A stretch of 64,000 nucleotides of DNA from Spirochaetia bacterium (GTDB lineage Bacteria; Spirochaetota; Spirochaetia; UBA9216): assembly GCA_963675665.1 (NCBI GenBank), contig OY776510.1, positions 2,432,001-2,496,000 on the forward strand, given 5' to 3'. A program made the position numbers and the translations under genes. The notes below the pieces were generated by a model. The model saw only the letters and a list, made by a program, of their open reading frames with translations, made no database searches and had not been told where the DNA came from. Positions 39,252-49,306 of this stretch are shown piece after piece. Every line of letters begins with the position of its first letter. The first letter of the stretch is position 1.

Positions 39252-40889
39252 ATGAAAAAAGCACTAAGTATCCTTATTGTGATGCTGCTTCTGGTTACAG
39301 TAGCCGGAAACGTTTTTGCCGGCGGTAAACAGGAAGAACCTGCAGCCGGCGCCGACGCTGCAGCCCCGGCCCCCGCCGCTGTGGAGAAAGATAAAAACGG
39401 AGGTGTTCTTGTTTTCGGAAGATCCGGCGATTCAGTAGGTCTCGACCCTGCACGGGAAACTGACGGAGAATCGTATTACGGCTGTACTCAGGTATATGAC
39501 AACCTGGTAGAATTCAAGGAAGGCACAACAGAGGTTCAGCCCGCATTGGCCAAAAGCTGGGATATTTCTGCCGACGGCCTCGAGGTAATGTTTCACCTCA
39601 GAAGCGGAGTTAAATTCCACGACGGCACAGCCTTCAATGCTGATGCAGTTGTCTTTTCACTGGGCAGACAACTTTATGAAGATCATCCTTATCATGATTA
39701 CGGCCCATGGAAATACTGGGGTTACATGGATATGAGCAACATTATTCAGGATATTATCGCTGTTGACGATATGACTGTAAAATTTGTTCTGAAAAAGAAA
39801 GAAGCTCCTTTCATTGCAAACCTGGCAATGGATTTTGCCGGTATTGTTTCTCCTGCGGCAGTTGAGAAATGGGGAGAAGATTTTCCGAACCATCCTGTAG
39901 GTACCGGACCGTTCAAGTTCGTATCCTGGAAGAAGGAAGATTCGATTGTATTTGAGAAAAATGCAGATTACTGGAGGCGCCCTGCCTATCTGGACAGAGT
40001 AATCCTTAAAGTCATACCTGATGCAACAGCCAGGTACCTTGCCCTGCAGAAGGGCGAAGTTGACCTTATCGACTTTCCGTCTCCTGAAGATCTTGCCGAC
40101 ATGAAGGCTAATGCAGATATCAAGGTTATTCAGCAGGAAGGTCTTAATGTCGGTTATCTTGCATTCAACTGTGACAGGGAACCTTTCGGAGACAAACGTG
40201 TAAGGCAGGCCCTGAATTATGCGGTTAACAAAGCCGAAATAATCACAGGCGTATACGGAACAGCCGGAACTCCTGCAAAAAACCCGCTTCCGCCGACAAT
40301 GTGGTCATACAATGATTCTATTGTTGACTATGAATATAATCCTGCGAAAGCAAAAGCCCTGCTTGCCGAAGCCGGTTACCCGGACGGTTTCTCCACAACC
40401 CTATGGGCAATGCCTGTAGCAAGACCTTATAATCCTAACGGAAGAAAAGTAGCCGAGATTATGCAGGCGCATCTTGCGGAAATCGGGGTAGAAGCTGAAA
40501 TAGTTTCATACGACTGGGGAACATACCTTGAGAAAACCGATCACGGCGAACATGATATGGCCCTGCTTGGCTGGACCGGCGATAATGGTGATCCCGACAA
40601 CTTCCTATGGGTTCTTCTTTCAATTCCTGCAGCCGAAGTTCCGGCAGGAAATATTTCATTCTGGAGAAACGAAGAATTCAATAGTCTTATTAAAGATGCA
40701 AAAGAAACAATGGATGTTGCAAAACGTGAAGATCTGTATAAAAAAGCACAGGTAATTTTTCATGAAGAAGCTCCCTGGCTTCCTGTTGCACATTCTGTTG
40801 TATCGGAACCCATGCTCAATCATGTAATGGACTTTAAGCTTTCTCCTGTAGGAAAGCGTCAGTTCTATAATGTCTGGCTTGACGACTAG
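39252..40889 (+). CDS. dppA: Dipeptide ABC transporter substrate-binding protein
   Basis: SBP family 5: GLDPA, PVGTGPF, WAMPVARPYNPN and GWTGDNGDPDNF motifs. Confidence 0.92.
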   Translation: MKKALSILIVMLLLVTVAGNVFAGGKQEEPAAGADAAAPAPAAVEKDKNGGVLVFGRSGDSVGLDPARETDGESYYGCTQVYDNLVEFKEGTTEVQPALAKSWDISADGLEVMFHLRSGVKFHDGTAFNADAVVFSLGRQLYEDHPYHDYGPWKYWGYMDMSNIIQDIIAVDDMTVKFVLKKKEAPFIANLAMDFAGIVSPAAVEKWGEDFPNHPVGTGPFKFVSWKKEDSIVFEKNADYWRRPAYLDRVILKVIPDATARYLALQKGEVDLIDFPSPEDLADMKANADIKVIQQEGLNVGYLAFNCDREPFGDKRVRQALNYAVNKAEIITGVYGTAGTPAKNPLPPTMWSYNDSIVDYEYNPAKAKALLAEAGYPDGFSTTLWAMPVARPYNPNGRKVAEIMQAHLAEIGVEAEIVSYDWGTYLEKTDHGEHDMALLGWTGDNGDPDNFLWVLLSIPAAEVPAGNISFWRNEEFNSLIKDAKETMDVAKREDLYKKAQVIFHEEAPWLPVAHSVVSEPMLNHVMDFKLSPVGKRQFYNVWLDD

Positions 40890-40919
40890 GGGATTCAACT
40901 TTATATTTGTATATCCAAT

Positions 40920-40942
40920 CAGGGGCGGCTTCGGCCGCCCTG
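40920..40942 (+). terminator. GC-rich stem-loop after dppA
   Basis: gggcggc-ttcg-gccgccc. Confidence 0.65.
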
Positions 40943-41078
40943 TAATTTATGGACATGTCTTGGAGTTTATTTATTTCCTTATCCGGAAATAAATAAACAT
41001 CCGGTAAATCTAAGGTAAATCTCTAAAAACTGCAGTTGAAAACTGAAGTTTTTAGAGATTCCTTATTAAGGTACACTA

Positions 41079-42095
41079 ATGGGAAGATTTCTTATAAAGA
41101 GGCTATCGCTTCTTATTCCGACATTACTCGGAGTGGTAACGCTTGTTTTTTTCATGATTGCGTTGTCGCCCGGAGACCCTGCAAGGGTAATGCTCGGAGA
41201 ACGTGCAAATGCACAGCAGCTTGAGGCTTTAAGGGCTGAACTGGGTCTGGACGAACCTCTCGGAGTTCAGTATGGACTTTATCTTAAAAGGGTTATCAGA
41301 CTGGATTTCGGAAAATCGATTAAATCCGGCCGGCCTGTAATGGACGAAATAAAAGACCTGTTTCCGGCAACAATTGAACTGGCTTTTTTTGCAATGATTT
41401 TTGCATCGGTTGTGGGAATAATCATAGGAGTATTATCTGCTACAAGGAAAAATACATGGATAGATTATACTTCCATGGTCGGGGCCCTGTTTGGTGTTTC
41501 CATGCCGGTCTTCTGGCTGGCTCTTGTTCTTATAATGGTTTTTTCTGTAGGGCTTGACCTGCTTCCTACAGGCGGGCGAATGAATGTCCGCTTTTATTTT
41601 GAACCGATAACGAATTTCTACATTATCGACGCAATTATTCTTCTGATAAGGGAAGGGGATCCAAAGTATCTCAGTTCCGCTTTAAAACATCTCATACTTC
41701 CGGCGGTTGCCCTGGGCACAATTCCTCTCGCAATTATAGCAAGAGTTACCCGCAGCAGCATGCTTGAGGTATTGAAACAGGACTATATAAAGACAGCACG
41801 GTCGGCGGGCATCAAGGAACGCCGGGTTGTATACCGCTATGCGCTGAAAAATGCGCTGCTGCCCGTAATCACAATAATAGGCCTTCAGTTCGGCCTTCTT
41901 TTATCCGGAGCAATTCTTACCGAAACGATCTTTGCCTGGCCGGGAATAGGGAAGTGGCTTTACCATGCGATAGAAGCAAGGGATTACCCTGCTGTCCAGG
42001 GCGGTGTTGTGATTATCTCTACAACTTTTGTTTTAATTAACCTGATAGTTGATATTCTTTACACAATAGTTAATCCAAAGATCAGGCTGCAATAG
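41079..42095 (+). CDS. dppB: Dipeptide ABC transporter permease
   Basis: PGDPA, FPATIEL, TRSSMLEVLKQDYIKTARSAG and ETIFAWPGIG motifs. Confidence 0.92.
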   Translation: MGRFLIKRLSLLIPTLLGVVTLVFFMIALSPGDPARVMLGERANAQQLEALRAELGLDEPLGVQYGLYLKRVIRLDFGKSIKSGRPVMDEIKDLFPATIELAFFAMIFASVVGIIIGVLSATRKNTWIDYTSMVGALFGVSMPVFWLALVLIMVFSVGLDLLPTGGRMNVRFYFEPITNFYIIDAIILLIREGDPKYLSSALKHLILPAVALGTIPLAIIARVTRSSMLEVLKQDYIKTARSAGIKERRVVYRYALKNALLPVITIIGLQFGLLLSGAILTETIFAWPGIGKWLYHAIEARDYPAVQGGVVIISTTFVLINLIVDILYTIVNPKIRLQ

Positions 42096-42104
42096 GATTA
42101 TTAT

Positions 42105-43001
42105 ATGAGTGAACATACAATTCAGATTACAAATATTGATGAACAGCCTGAAAAAGAGCCCGGACGCATTCAGGAGGCTTTCCATCAGCTGAAGAAGAAC
42201 AAGGGCGCCATAGCCGGGCTGATTATTATCGTCCTTTTCCTGCTTATGGCTGTATTTGCGCCTCTTATCGCGCCGCATGACCCGCTGGAACAGACAATAG
42301 ATTTGCGTAAATCACCGCCGCTGACAGAAAATTATATTTTGGGGACTGATGACCTCGGCCGTGATCTGCTTAGCCGTATCATATACGGCGGCAGAATCTC
42401 AATGATTATCGGGGTCGTCAGCGTCGGCATAGCCCTTGTTTTCGGGCTTCTGATAGGTGTGATTTCAGGCTATTACGGCGGTTGGCTTGATAAAATTATA
42501 ATGCGTTTGATTGATATCATGCTGGCTTTCCCGTATGTGCTTCTTACGATAGTCATTGTGGCGATCCTGGGGCCCTCGCTTATAAACGCCATGATAGCAA
42601 TCGGAATAAGCCAGATTCCGCGTTATGTGCGTATGGTCCGCGCAAGTGTTCTGGCCGAAAAAGAAGCCGATTATGTTGCGGCTGAACGTTCGCTGGGGGC
42701 TTCTGATTTTGAGCTGATGTTTCGGTCAATCCTTCCCAACTGCCTGGCGCCGATTTCCGTGCAGGCAACCCTCGGAGTCGGAGAAGCTATATTGAGCTCG
42801 GCCGCGCTTTCGTTTCTGGGGCTGGGTGCCCAGCCGCCTGCTCCCGAGTGGGGGCTTATGATCGCCAGCTCGCGCGAGTTTATTACAAGCGCCTGGTGGA
42901 TTGTAACCTTTCCGGGCATTGCCACGCTTCTGGCGGTTCTCGGTTTTAATCTCTTCGGAGACGGTCTGCGCGATATGCTGGATCCGAAATTAAGAGATTA
43001 G
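42105..43001 (+). CDS. dppC: Dipeptide ABC transporter permease
   Basis: LGTDDLGRD, LSFLGLGAQPPAPEWG and GDGLRDMLDP motifs. Confidence 0.92.
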   Translation: MSEHTIQITNIDEQPEKEPGRIQEAFHQLKKNKGAIAGLIIIVLFLLMAVFAPLIAPHDPLEQTIDLRKSPPLTENYILGTDDLGRDLLSRIIYGGRISMIIGVVSVGIALVFGLLIGVISGYYGGWLDKIIMRLIDIMLAFPYVLLTIVIVAILGPSLINAMIAIGISQIPRYVRMVRASVLAEKEADYVAAERSLGASDFELMFRSILPNCLAPISVQATLGVGEAILSSAALSFLGLGAQPPAPEWGLMIASSREFITSAWWIVTFPGIATLLAVLGFNLFGDGLRDMLDPKLRD

Positions 43002-43009
43002 GGGGTAAT

Positions 43010-44011
43010 ATGACTGAAAACATGAACAACGGAGAAGTCCTCCTGTCAATAAGAAATCTGGATGTTAATTTTTATACATACCGTGGAATAGTAAGGGCTG
43101 TCAGGTCGGTTTCGTTTGATATCAGAAAGGGTGAAACCCTGGCGCTTGTAGGCGAATCCGGATGCGGAAAATCTGTAACAGCCCATTCAATCAACCAGCT
43201 TATACCGATGCCGCCCGGCAGAATAGACAACGGGGAGATTTTCTTTGAAGGCAGGGACTTGCTCAAGCTATCCGAGAAAGAAATAAGGGATTACAGGGGC
43301 GACAAAATCAGCATGATTTTCCAGGAGCCGATGACCAGCCTGAATCCGGTTTTCAGAATCGGGGATCAGATAGCTGATGTTTTCAGAACTCATCACGGGC
43401 TGAAAAATGAAGAAGCCCAACAGAGAGCGGTCAAACTGCTGGAGCTGGTTAAGATCCCGTCGCCCGCGCAGCGCGCCCGTTCATATCCTCACCAGCTGTC
43501 CGGAGGAATGAGGCAGAGGGCAATGATTGCAATGGCCCTGGCTTCACCAAACCCGGGGCTGATGATAGCCGACGAGCCGACAACGGCTCTGGACGTTACC
43601 ATCCAGGCGCAGATCCTGAGACTGCTTGCCGAACTGAAGAGCGAGATAGAAATGAGCGTTCTTCTGATTACTCATGATATGGGTGTCGTTGCTGAAACAG
43701 CCGACAGGGTTGTCGTCATGTATGCCGGCCGAAAGGTGGAAGAAGCTGAAGTTCATGAGCTTTTTGAGAATCCCAGGCACCCGTATACACTGGGGCTTTT
43801 AAATTCTCTTCCGTCGAATGAAAAGTATAAGGGGCAAAAAAGGCTCGAAGCCATAAGAGGGCAGGTCCCGGACCTGCTGAAAATAGGCGACGGGTGTCCT
43901 TTTGAGAATCGTTGTGATCTTGCAACGGAAATATGCAGAAAAAAGTTTCCTGAAAGAACGGAAATCGCTTCAGAGCATTCAATATGGTGTCATCCAGGTG
44001 GTAAACAATGA
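43010..44011 (+). CDS. dppD: Dipeptide ABC transporter ATP-binding protein
   Basis: GESGCGKS, YPHQLSGGMRQR, ADEPTTALDVT and C-terminal Cys cluster. Confidence 0.92.
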   Translation: MTENMNNGEVLLSIRNLDVNFYTYRGIVRAVRSVSFDIRKGETLALVGESGCGKSVTAHSINQLIPMPPGRIDNGEIFFEGRDLLKLSEKEIRDYRGDKISMIFQEPMTSLNPVFRIGDQIADVFRTHHGLKNEEAQQRAVKLLELVKIPSPAQRARSYPHQLSGGMRQRAMIAMALASPNPGLMIADEPTTALDVTIQAQILRLLAELKSEIEMSVLLITHDMGVVAETADRVVVMYAGRKVEEAEVHELFENPRHPYTLGLLNSLPSNEKYKGQKRLEAIRGQVPDLLKIGDGCPFENRCDLATEICRKKFPERTEIASEHSIWCHPGGKQ

Positions 44012-44973
44012 AAAAGCTTCTTGAAGTAAATAATCTTAAAACCTATTTTACAATTAAGCCCGAGAACCTCCAGGAAAAGAAAGCAATTTTAAAAGCAGTG
44101 GACGGCGTCAGTTTTGAAGTTTTTGAAGGCGAAGTTCTCGGTATTGTAGGTGAATCCGGTTGCGGGAAATCTACGCTCGGCCGTACAATCCTCAGACTGG
44201 AAGAAAAAACGGAAGGCGAAGTTCTATACCGCGGCAGGGATATATATGCAATGCCTGACAACGAGCTGAAGAAAGCAAGGACATCCATGCAGATGATATT
44301 TCAGGATCCGTACAGCTCGCTGAATCCCAGAAAAAAGATCAGTTCGCTTCTTGAGCAGCCCCTCCGGATTCATAATGTCTGTGCAAAGGAGGAAAGACCT
44401 TCAAGAATTGACGATCTGCTTGAAGAGATCGGGCTTGCGCCGAAGTACAAAAACCGGTTTCCGCACCAGTTTTCAGGAGGTCAAAGGCAACGAATCGGTA
44501 TTGCGCGCGCACTTGCGCTTAATCCTGAATTTATTGTCTGTGATGAGGCTGTTTCCGCCCTTGATGTGTCGGTTCAGGCGCAGATAATAAATCTTCTGCT
44601 GGACCTTCAGGACAAATACGGGTTCACTTACCTGTTTATCGCCCATGATTTATCCGTAGTTGAATTTATCTCCAACCGGATAATGGTTATGTACCTGGGG
44701 CGGATTGTCGAATACACCGGGAAAGAGGAATTATTGAAAAACCATCTTCATCCTTATACAAAGGCCCTGTTTTCAGCTTTCCCTAGTAATACTCCCCGGG
44801 GCAGGGAAAACCGCAAGCCGATTGTTATGGGTGATGTTCCGTCTCCGATTAACCCGCCGACGGGGTGTCATTTTCATCCCCGATGTCCTTTTAAAAAGGA
44901 CATCTGTATGAAAGAGTATCCCCAAATGAAGGAAGCCTCACCGGGACATTTTACAGCCTGTCATTTGTATTGA
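44008..44973 (+). CDS. dppF: Dipeptide ABC transporter ATP-binding protein
   Basis: GESGCGKST, FSGGQRQRIGIARAL and GCHFHPRCP motifs. Confidence 0.92.
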   Translation: MKKLLEVNNLKTYFTIKPENLQEKKAILKAVDGVSFEVFEGEVLGIVGESGCGKSTLGRTILRLEEKTEGEVLYRGRDIYAMPDNELKKARTSMQMIFQDPYSSLNPRKKISSLLEQPLRIHNVCAKEERPSRIDDLLEEIGLAPKYKNRFPHQFSGGQRQRIGIARALALNPEFIVCDEAVSALDVSVQAQIINLLLDLQDKYGFTYLFIAHDLSVVEFISNRIMVMYLGRIVEYTGKEELLKNHLHPYTKALFSAFPSNTPRGRENRKPIVMGDVPSPINPPTGCHFHPRCPFKKDICMKEYPQMKEASPGHFTACHLY

Positions 44974-44983
44974 CGAAGCAGAC

Positions 44984-46174
44984 CTATTCGGTTAACCCTT
45001 CTTCCCTGTGCAGCCCCTGATAGACGTCGTTTCGCCAGAGATCCCAGTCGGCTTCAATTCTGTTGCGGTACCGGCACGACAGTTCGATTCCGAGCCTGAT
45101 TAAACCTATATCGCGTTCAAGCTCAACCGCTTCTCCGGGGCGGCATTGAAGGTCGAAAACATGCCTTTCGGTATTATATATAAGCATTGCCTGGGCCGTT
45201 ACCCCTCCGACTTCGGTAGGCGTCAGAAGTACTGTTAAACTGCCGGTTACCGGATTGCCTTTTCGATCAGTGAAACTGAAGTCATACTCGCTGTTAAAAG
45301 GCTTGGAATCCGGCAGGTAGAATGTTTTATCGTCCCGGATAATTTTCTGCAGGTCGTAAAGCCTGTCGTTGAAATGACGGCTTGGGTCTTCCAGAACAAC
45401 CGATTTACCCGATTTGATCTCAAATTCCGTTTCCCATTTTTTAAAAAGAATTTCTGGTTCCTTGACAATACCGAAGTCATGACCTACATCAGTTTTTATA
45501 GTGTGCAGTCCCGGCTGAAGTTCAACTTCAACAGGTATCGTTGCATTTCCGGTGGTATAACCGTAAAACTCGCCGTCAATATAGATCCTGGCTCTTATCA
45601 TGGGTGAGAAAAACTTCAGAGTCCCCGGTGGCATCAGCGTCTCTTTTATGATAGGCCTGTCGCTCTCGGCAGTGCGAAATATGTGCCGCTTCCCGGTAAG
45701 TTCGCGAACGATTTTTTCAGCTACAAGGTGGATAATGTCTTCAGAGTTGCCCCGGCTTGAGAACGAAACAACCGCGCCGGTTTCAACATCAATCAGGGTT
45801 ATGTCGACCAGTACTTCAGTATCCATTACTATATAACCGCCGCCGGCCAGGTAATCGCTACCCAGCAGTTTTCCGGCTTCAACCGCATTCTGATCGTCAA
45901 AAAGTCCCGAGATCTGCATTTTCTGTTCATCAAGGACTTTATTCATAAGGCTTCGTTCCAGGAGGATTATTCCCTCGGTTCCTGAAATGTCCTCGCGAAT
46001 GACTGCAGTTATCAGAGCAGTCAGGTAATCATGCTCATCGTTTTCGTCCATGTTATCAAACCCGATAAGCGCCAGCCGTTTCTCCGGCTGTGCTTCCTGG
46101 CCGGTAACAGAGAGTGTAATAACAAGCAGAAGAAGCAGGAACAGGAGGGTTGTCTTTTTAATTGCAGTTTTCAT
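44984..46174 (-). CDS. Secreted protein with CsgG/FlgO-like and PEGA-like domains
   Basis: Signal peptide; LERSLMNKVLDEQ...GKLLGSDY; ARIYIDGEFYG...PGLHTI. Confidence 0.65.
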   Translation of the reverse strand: MKTAIKKTTLLFLLLLLVITLSVTGQEAQPEKRLALIGFDNMDENDEHDYLTALITAVIREDISGTEGIILLERSLMNKVLDEQKMQISGLFDDQNAVEAGKLLGSDYLAGGGYIVMDTEVLVDITLIDVETGAVVSFSSRGNSEDIIHLVAEKIVRELTGKRHIFRTAESDRPIIKETLMPPGTLKFFSPMIRARIYIDGEFYGYTTGNATIPVEVELQPGLHTIKTDVGHDFGIVKEPEILFKKWETEFEIKSGKSVVLEDPSRHFNDRLYDLQKIIRDDKTFYLPDSKPFNSEYDFSFTDRKGNPVTGSLTVLLTPTEVGGVTAQAMLIYNTERHVFDLQCRPGEAVELERDIGLIRLGIELSCRYRNRIEADWDLWRNDVYQGLHREEGLTE

Positions 46175-47775
46175 TTTTTATTTCCCCTTATATCTGATTT
46201 CAGATCTTCAACAGGGACGGGCTTCCATCCTTCTGAAGAATCCTTCATTCCGTACACTTTATTAAGGCTTGATTTTAGACCCTCAAAAAGATTTTCAGCA
46301 GTTTGCTTGAAATCCTGTGAGGGATCAGTATCTGTCGGAAAGCGGCTGTCTTCAAGCATCAGACCGCTTGTCATAAACGATTCTATCAGCAGCTTTGCGG
46401 CAAGGTAGCGTTCATATTTATTAACGCCTATAATTAACGGATCATCAAGCATCCCGATGATTTCCCAGGTGACCTGTTCAGCCTGTGAATACGCCCCGGC
46501 GTCTTTATTCTGGTCGGTTATGCGCATCGGAAGGTTGCGGATAATGTTATCCAGATTTTCGGTAAGGTATTTTAGATTGAATAGTCCGGTTGCGCAGTTG
46601 TAAAGAATCTTTTTCCCTGCTGCTTCGTGGCTGTCCACTGTTTCACGTGATACTGCCGGACCGATGTCGGCGCAATTGAGTTTGCCGTACTGGTCGATTA
46701 TAAGAATACCGCCCTTGATATCTACAGGTGTTTTAAAGGAAAACTCGAAAGACGCCTGTTTGCCGGACAGCGCGGTTATTGCTACAGCAACCGGATCCGG
46801 CATGTTTCCAATATTATCAACATTGCTGATGTATATAAAACGCTTTCCGGGTTCTTTATACATATAACGGTAAATTTCGGAAAGAATAAGAAAGTTCTGT
46901 CCGTGACCTCCGGGTATCGGAAGCATTTCGCCGTCGCGTCCGTAAGCATTTGTAAAGATCTGTTTGGGCCTGCCGACATCAGAATGGGTAAATGCCGCAA
47001 TCATGGGCTGAATTCCGGTTAAAACATTTGTGATATCTATTCCTGTTTCCGCTATCAGATCTTTAAGAAGCGGGCTTGATTTGTATTCTTCAAGAGCTTC
47101 TGATATCCGGGCGTCTGTATGAACACTGGTCATCTGAAACATTGGGTTAAGGGCTGCACTTGCTTTATGGGCGGAGTCGCCTGAGAACAGTTCATTATCT
47201 GCATCGATCGTAAGCCTGTACCTGAGATTTTCTATCATCAGGGCGCGGAGTTTCAGTTCGATAAAAGTCGGGCCTTTTTCCCCGTTTGTATTTGTAAAAG
47301 CAGGTGTAATTCCCTTGGGCTTTCCTTCAGCGTGTCTTGATGATTTTTCAAACAGGCTTTTATAAAGCACCATCAGTTCCGGGTGTAGCGCGCTGTTTTT
47401 TTTGCTATCGATATAACTTGTTGCGGAACCGCCGTTTAGAATACCGTATGCAACATAGGGATAGAGCTGTACGCCTATACTGTGCAGATCTTCAACGGAA
47501 AAGCGTATGCTTTTTTGACTGTTTTGTTCGGATATCTTTCCGTACAGTGTTCCGAACAGGTATTCCCTGAGTTCCGGGTTGATTTCGCGAAGGTTGTCGC
47601 ATGCAGTATTAAAGTCACAGCTCCATGATGTTAAGCCTGCCCGGTCTATGATTCTGATTCCGTCTATTCCGGGGATACCGTTAACTTCAACCGGAACAAC
47701 ATTATCGTACAGACCGTTATTAATATTTTGTAAAATCTCGTTAGTCAGAGCCAGATCTATATATTTATTGTTCAT
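46171..47775 (-). CDS. UTP--glucose-1-phosphate uridylyltransferase (UDPGP family, eukaryote-like)
   Basis: LNGGSATSY, PKG, PGGHG, ISNVDN and DIKGGIL motifs. Confidence 0.8.
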   Translation of the reverse strand: MNNKYIDLALTNEILQNINNGLYDNVVPVEVNGIPGIDGIRIIDRAGLTSWSCDFNTACDNLREINPELREYLFGTLYGKISEQNSQKSIRFSVEDLHSIGVQLYPYVAYGILNGGSATSYIDSKKNSALHPELMVLYKSLFEKSSRHAEGKPKGITPAFTNTNGEKGPTFIELKLRALMIENLRYRLTIDADNELFSGDSAHKASAALNPMFQMTSVHTDARISEALEEYKSSPLLKDLIAETGIDITNVLTGIQPMIAAFTHSDVGRPKQIFTNAYGRDGEMLPIPGGHGQNFLILSEIYRYMYKEPGKRFIYISNVDNIGNMPDPVAVAITALSGKQASFEFSFKTPVDIKGGILIIDQYGKLNCADIGPAVSRETVDSHEAAGKKILYNCATGLFNLKYLTENLDNIIRNLPMRITDQNKDAGAYSQAEQVTWEIIGMLDDPLIIGVNKYERYLAAKLLIESFMTSGLMLEDSRFPTDTDPSQDFKQTAENLFEGLKSSLNKVYGMKDSSEGWKPVPVEDLKSDIRGNKK

Positions 47776-47824
47776 AGCATGATAATATCATATTATTACA
47801 ACATAAGCATTAATGGAGTTTTAA

Positions 47825-48790
47825 ATGGCAGCAAGAGTTTTCAGAATATTCTTTGCAACGGTTCTGCTTGTTTCTACAGCCGGATTGGTTTTTGCAGATG
47901 CGGAACAGTCTTCAACGGTAGCCGAAGTAAACGGCGCAGCGATAAGTTCGTTTGATGTAAGACGCGAAATGAATCTGATGTATCAGCAGGCGGTCACACA
48001 GGGCTATATGCCTGATCAATCGGAGCTTGATGTATACTGGAACCAGGCGCTTCAATCGCTTATCGGTCGCGAACTTCTTATGCAGGATGCTGATTCAAAA
48101 AACTATAAAGCTGATCCCGTCGAAGTTGACTCCTATATAAATGCTCTGACCATGAACTACGGTGGATCGGAAGGGCTTGAAGCTGCGCTTGACCAACAGG
48201 GCATGACGCTGGAAAAGCTTAGAAACGATACGATGCGCTATCAGGTGATAAGCGAATTTGTAGAGAAAGAGCTGAGACCCGGAGTCGTTGTAACGATGGA
48301 AGAAGCCGAAAAGTATTATTCTGAAAATAAAGAGTATTTTAATACTGAAGAAACTGTCACTGCCAGCCATATACTTCTGACTGTGCCGGAAGACGCCGAT
48401 GAAGAACAGCGCAGGGAAATATATGAAAAGATCAGCGGAATCAGAGAGCGTATTACAGCTGGTGAATCGTTCGAAGATCTTGCCAGAGAATTTTCCGACT
48501 GTCCCAGCGCAGAAAGGGGAGGAGATCTCGGCGAGTTCGGTCATGGCATGATGGTGCCCCCTTTTGATAAAGCTGCATTCGAACTTGAGCCGGGAGAATT
48601 GAGCGAACCGGTTTTGACACAGTTCGGGTATCATCTGATTAAGCTGACCGAAAAAAACGTAAGCCAGACTATTCAGTTCAGCGAATGCAATAATCAGATT
48701 ATTGATTATCTGACAGACGTGAAAATTGAGGAAGAGGTTAATCGGCTTGTGGCTGAATTATGGGAGAAAGCTGAAATTAACTTTTTTTAA
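47825..48790 (+). CDS. Parvulin-type peptidyl-prolyl isomerase (SurA/PrsA-like)
   Basis: VAEVNG, ASHILL, FEDLAREFSDCPSAERGGDLG and TQFGYHLI motifs. Confidence 0.92.
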   Translation: MAARVFRIFFATVLLVSTAGLVFADAEQSSTVAEVNGAAISSFDVRREMNLMYQQAVTQGYMPDQSELDVYWNQALQSLIGRELLMQDADSKNYKADPVEVDSYINALTMNYGGSEGLEAALDQQGMTLEKLRNDTMRYQVISEFVEKELRPGVVVTMEEAEKYYSENKEYFNTEETVTASHILLTVPEDADEEQRREIYEKISGIRERITAGESFEDLAREFSDCPSAERGGDLGEFGHGMMVPPFDKAAFELEPGELSEPVLTQFGYHLIKLTEKNVSQTIQFSECNNQIIDYLTDVKIEEEVNRLVAELWEKAEINFF

Positions 48791-48891
48791 TAGATGCCGG
48801 TGGCAACTGATTAAAAAGTTATCGATTTAGCTTGACTTATAAAACCTTATATATTATTTTAGATATATAAGAGTAATAAAGGAGGGCCGGT

Positions 48892-49242
48892 ATGGCTGAA
48901 GTAATAACATCGGAAGAATTTAAAGCAAAGGTTTTCGATTACGAAAATAACAAGGAATGGAAATATGAAGGCGACACACCCGCAGTAATAGATTTTTATG
49001 CTGACTGGTGTATGCCCTGTAAAATGCTTGCCCCGACAATAGAGAAATTGTCGAAGGAATATGAAGGGAAGGTTAATTTCTATAAGGTAAACACTGAAGA
49101 TGAACCGGAACTTTCCGGAGCATTCGGAATACAAAGTATTCCTTCACTTCTTTTTATTCCCATGGAAGGTCAGCCGCAGATGGCTGCGGGAGCGCTTCCG
49201 GAAGGGCAGCTTAAAAAAATAATCGATGAAAATCTGTTATAG
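48892..49242 (+). CDS. trxA: Thioredoxin
   Basis: DFYADWCMPCK and FGIQSIPSL motifs; AAGGAGG RBS. Confidence 0.93.
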   Translation: MAEVITSEEFKAKVFDYENNKEWKYEGDTPAVIDFYADWCMPCKMLAPTIEKLSKEYEGKVNFYKVNTEDEPELSGAFGIQSIPSLLFIPMEGQPQMAAGALPEGQLKKIIDENLL

Positions 49243-49266
49243 ATTTCTCATTTTCTCCTCCGACAG

Positions 49267-49300
49267 TAAAGCCTGATCTGCTGATGCAGACAGGCTTTTA
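49267..49300. terminator. Bidirectional terminator between convergent genes
   Basis: aaagcctg(a)tctgc-tgat-gcagacaggctttta. Confidence 0.65.
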
Positions 49301-49306
49301 TTTTAT

